Shown: piece after piece, positions 57,788 through 59,671 of the stretch
Position numbering within the stretch: position 1 is the stretch's first letter
Layout of the letters: each line of letters starts with the position of its first letter
Virus record (IMG/VR): IMGVR_UViG_3300037833_000032
Span: 1 to 59,671 of that record
Origin: a virus
Taxonomy: Duplodnaviria; Caudoviricetes
Strand: one strand, 5' to 3'
DNA: 59,671 nt
Notes under the pieces: generated by a model
Told to the model about the DNA's origin: nothing
The model's database searches: none
Seen by the model: only the letters and a program-made list of their open reading frames with translations
Program-made: the position numbers and the translations under genes

Positions 57788-57881
57788 TACCGCTAACGCT
57801 AAACCTGCCAACAACCCTGCACCTGATTCACAAGGCCACATCATGAAACAAGGATATGTGGAGGTTCATGTTTCGTTAGCA
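57788..57881 (+). repeat. Degenerate attC-like site
   Basis: TACCGCTAAC (exact reverse complement of GTTAGCGGTA at 57175-57184) .. GTTAGCA. Confidence 0.55.
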
Positions 57882-58218
57882 TCTCCTTAACATAACCTTA
57901 CATTTCAAACCAAGATAATGTAATCCTATTTTTTAGTATTACCATCTTTTCCTCTTCCTGTACTTATTATAAAAAATATGCCGGTAAGTCAAGGCATGTA
58001 GCCACAAGCCAGCTAGAAAAGCAGCTATACCAAATAATATTAATCCGATTGTGTGCAATAGTTCCATGCAGATATATCCGGCAACTACCTGACCTGGTAA
58101 GTCTACTCTTCATGGAGTAGAAAACTACTACTTTAGTACTAGATGAGGAATATCTTATCCATTACACCGTTACTAGTATAGAATCTATTTTGAGTTTAGA
58201 TGAATAAGGTAAAAGTAA

Positions 58219-58245
58219 AAAGCCTGGGTAATGCCCAGGCTTCTT
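58219..58245. terminator. Terminator-like hairpin
   Basis: AAGCCTGGG-taatg-CCCAGGCTT. Confidence 0.55.
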
Positions 58246-58359
58246 TATTTGATGCACAGGTAGGATTTTATATCTTAGCGCGTGTTAAAATTTTAATTAT
58301 TAATTACAGTAATGAGCCCCTCTGTTGGAGAGGCTTTTCTATTTATATAGGTAAATATG

Positions 58360-59262
58360 TTATCCATCATTTCTCAAAGAGAAATAGACAATATTATCAT
58401 AAGCATAAGGAATCCCAGGCGTGGCTACTACTACTCCTTCATCGTTGATATGTACATAGGTGTCATTATAAGATGTATTTTCACCTTCATACTTGATAGG
58501 AGCTAAAAAATTGGTTATATCTTTTTCCTCCCCAGGTTCTAAATCAAACTCATTGACTGTTTTAATATATTTATAACCAGTCACTTCCCATATATATTCA
58601 CCATATTCAAACCGGGGATGAATTTTGATATTCCCGGTATTGACTATTGTAACTCCCTTAGAAGGTGACACCTTATAGGCTAAGAATTCATTCTGTGTGG
58701 GAGTTTGACCTCCGCTGAGAAACTTTACACCAAATACTTTTGCATCTACCAAAACTTTAAATTCACCAGTTACCTCAATCGTATCCTGATTGCTTATAGT
58801 TTTACCTCTTAATTTGATAGTTGCTGTATTTTGTCCCATAGCAAGAACAGGAGCTTTAGCTGTACCATTTAACTGTCGGCCATGCGTGATCCCTACTGTA
58901 AGAAGAGGCATGATACCAGTCTGATTTTTACCAGGTACAGTTTTTATAGTTTTAGGCGTAATCTCAAAAGGAGCATTATTTGAGGTTAAGATAACATCAA
59001 AAATGGGCATAGCCCCACCATTAGTTATCGTAAATAGATACTCTTTACTTGCTCTCAGAGAACCCAAATCAAATTCAGTAGTGGATGGAACTGTAGCTAT
59101 TCTTCCATTAGGTGCTGAAGCTTGACTCATACTCATAGAAGAAACAACAAAATACCCTGACTCACTGCTTGGAGGAGTTACTTTTTCTTCATCCTTTTTA
59201 CAGGAAAAAAACACTTGGCTGACTAAACTTAATCCAAGCACGAAACATACTGGTTTACGCAT
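58360..59262 (-). CDS. Lipoprotein with Ig-like domains
   Basis: FFSCKKDEE lipobox; FTITNGG and IVNTGN strands. Confidence 0.75.
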   Translation of the reverse strand: MRKPVCFVLGLSLVSQVFFSCKKDEEKVTPPSSESGYFVVSSMSMSQASAPNGRIATVPSTTEFDLGSLRASKEYLFTITNGGAMPIFDVILTSNNAPFEITPKTIKTVPGKNQTGIMPLLTVGITHGRQLNGTAKAPVLAMGQNTATIKLRGKTISNQDTIEVTGEFKVLVDAKVFGVKFLSGGQTPTQNEFLAYKVSPSKGVTIVNTGNIKIHPRFEYGEYIWEVTGYKYIKTVNEFDLEPGEEKDITNFLAPIKYEGENTSYNDTYVHINDEGVVVATPGIPYAYDNIVYFSLRNDG

Positions 59263-59458
59263 ATAATTATTTAAAATTAATTGCGCGTGTATACCTTTTT
59301 TGTTGTTCTTGTAAGTGAGTGGGTAATTGTAAATAGTGTAAGTTCTGCTAGTTCTTCAGCATATTAATTCAACCGCCAACATTCTGTTTCCACGAAATAC
59401 TGGCATGCGTCGGCAATGTTATCCAGCAGGTATTGATTGGAGAAAAGTAGGGATATGG

Positions 59459-59671
59459 TCATAAATCAGTAACGTTTGCTTCTTTAAATCTAACCTCAAC
59501 GATTGTATTAGTTTCCTCATTATATACTACTTCAGCAGATAAGTTACCTAATGAGTAGAGGTTAATGCTTTGTTCTTTTTCTAACTTGGTAGCATAGAAG
59601 TCACCATTGTCCCAGACATACTGCGCCTGCTCATTTAAAGGTAGATGCTGGAGCTGGAAGATGGTGAGCAT
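59459..59671 (-). CDS. Small Bacteroidota hypothetical protein (at window edge)
   Basis: F..L...EQAQYVWDNG.F..INLYSLGNL.AEVVY pattern. Confidence 0.65.
   Translation of the reverse strand: MLTIFQLQHLPLNEQAQYVWDNGDFYATKLEKEQSINLYSLGNLSAEVVYNEETNTIVEVRFKEANVTDL

Overview
AT-rich Bacteroidota-type DNA, judged from the TAnnTTTG promoters, Arm-type tyrosine integrases, a BT4734-like protein and lipoproteins. The window is essentially all accessory DNA. (1) 1-5727: an Ssp/BREX-4-like phosphorothioation cluster (large ATPase, DUF4007 protein, divergent cysteine desulfurase), followed by a serine resolvase. (2) About 6.8-39.8 kb: an integrated element that looks like a provirus of a non-tailed, probably membrane-containing virus. 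It has an A32/FtsK-HerA-type packaging ATPase, a beta-rich capsid candidate, about 15 small membrane-anchored proteins, an HEXXH protease, annexin-like, peptidoglycan-binding and DUF4214 proteins, spike-like and holin/spanin-like genes, and a tyrosine integrase beside a tRNA-3'-like att. It has no terminase, portal, HK97 capsid or tail. It is split by about 14 kb of opposite-strand defence genes stacked in two blocks, separated by a 243-bp near-perfect duplication of the ATPase gene. (3) About 39.8-56.4 kb: a satellite-like element with integrase, repressor, Xis, primase-like protein, helicase and iteron origin. It encodes a tape measure protein, TerS and TerL but no capsid, portal or tail. 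(4) Right end: lipoprotein genes, one bounded by integron attC-like sites. All family calls come from reading motifs by eye, not from database searches.
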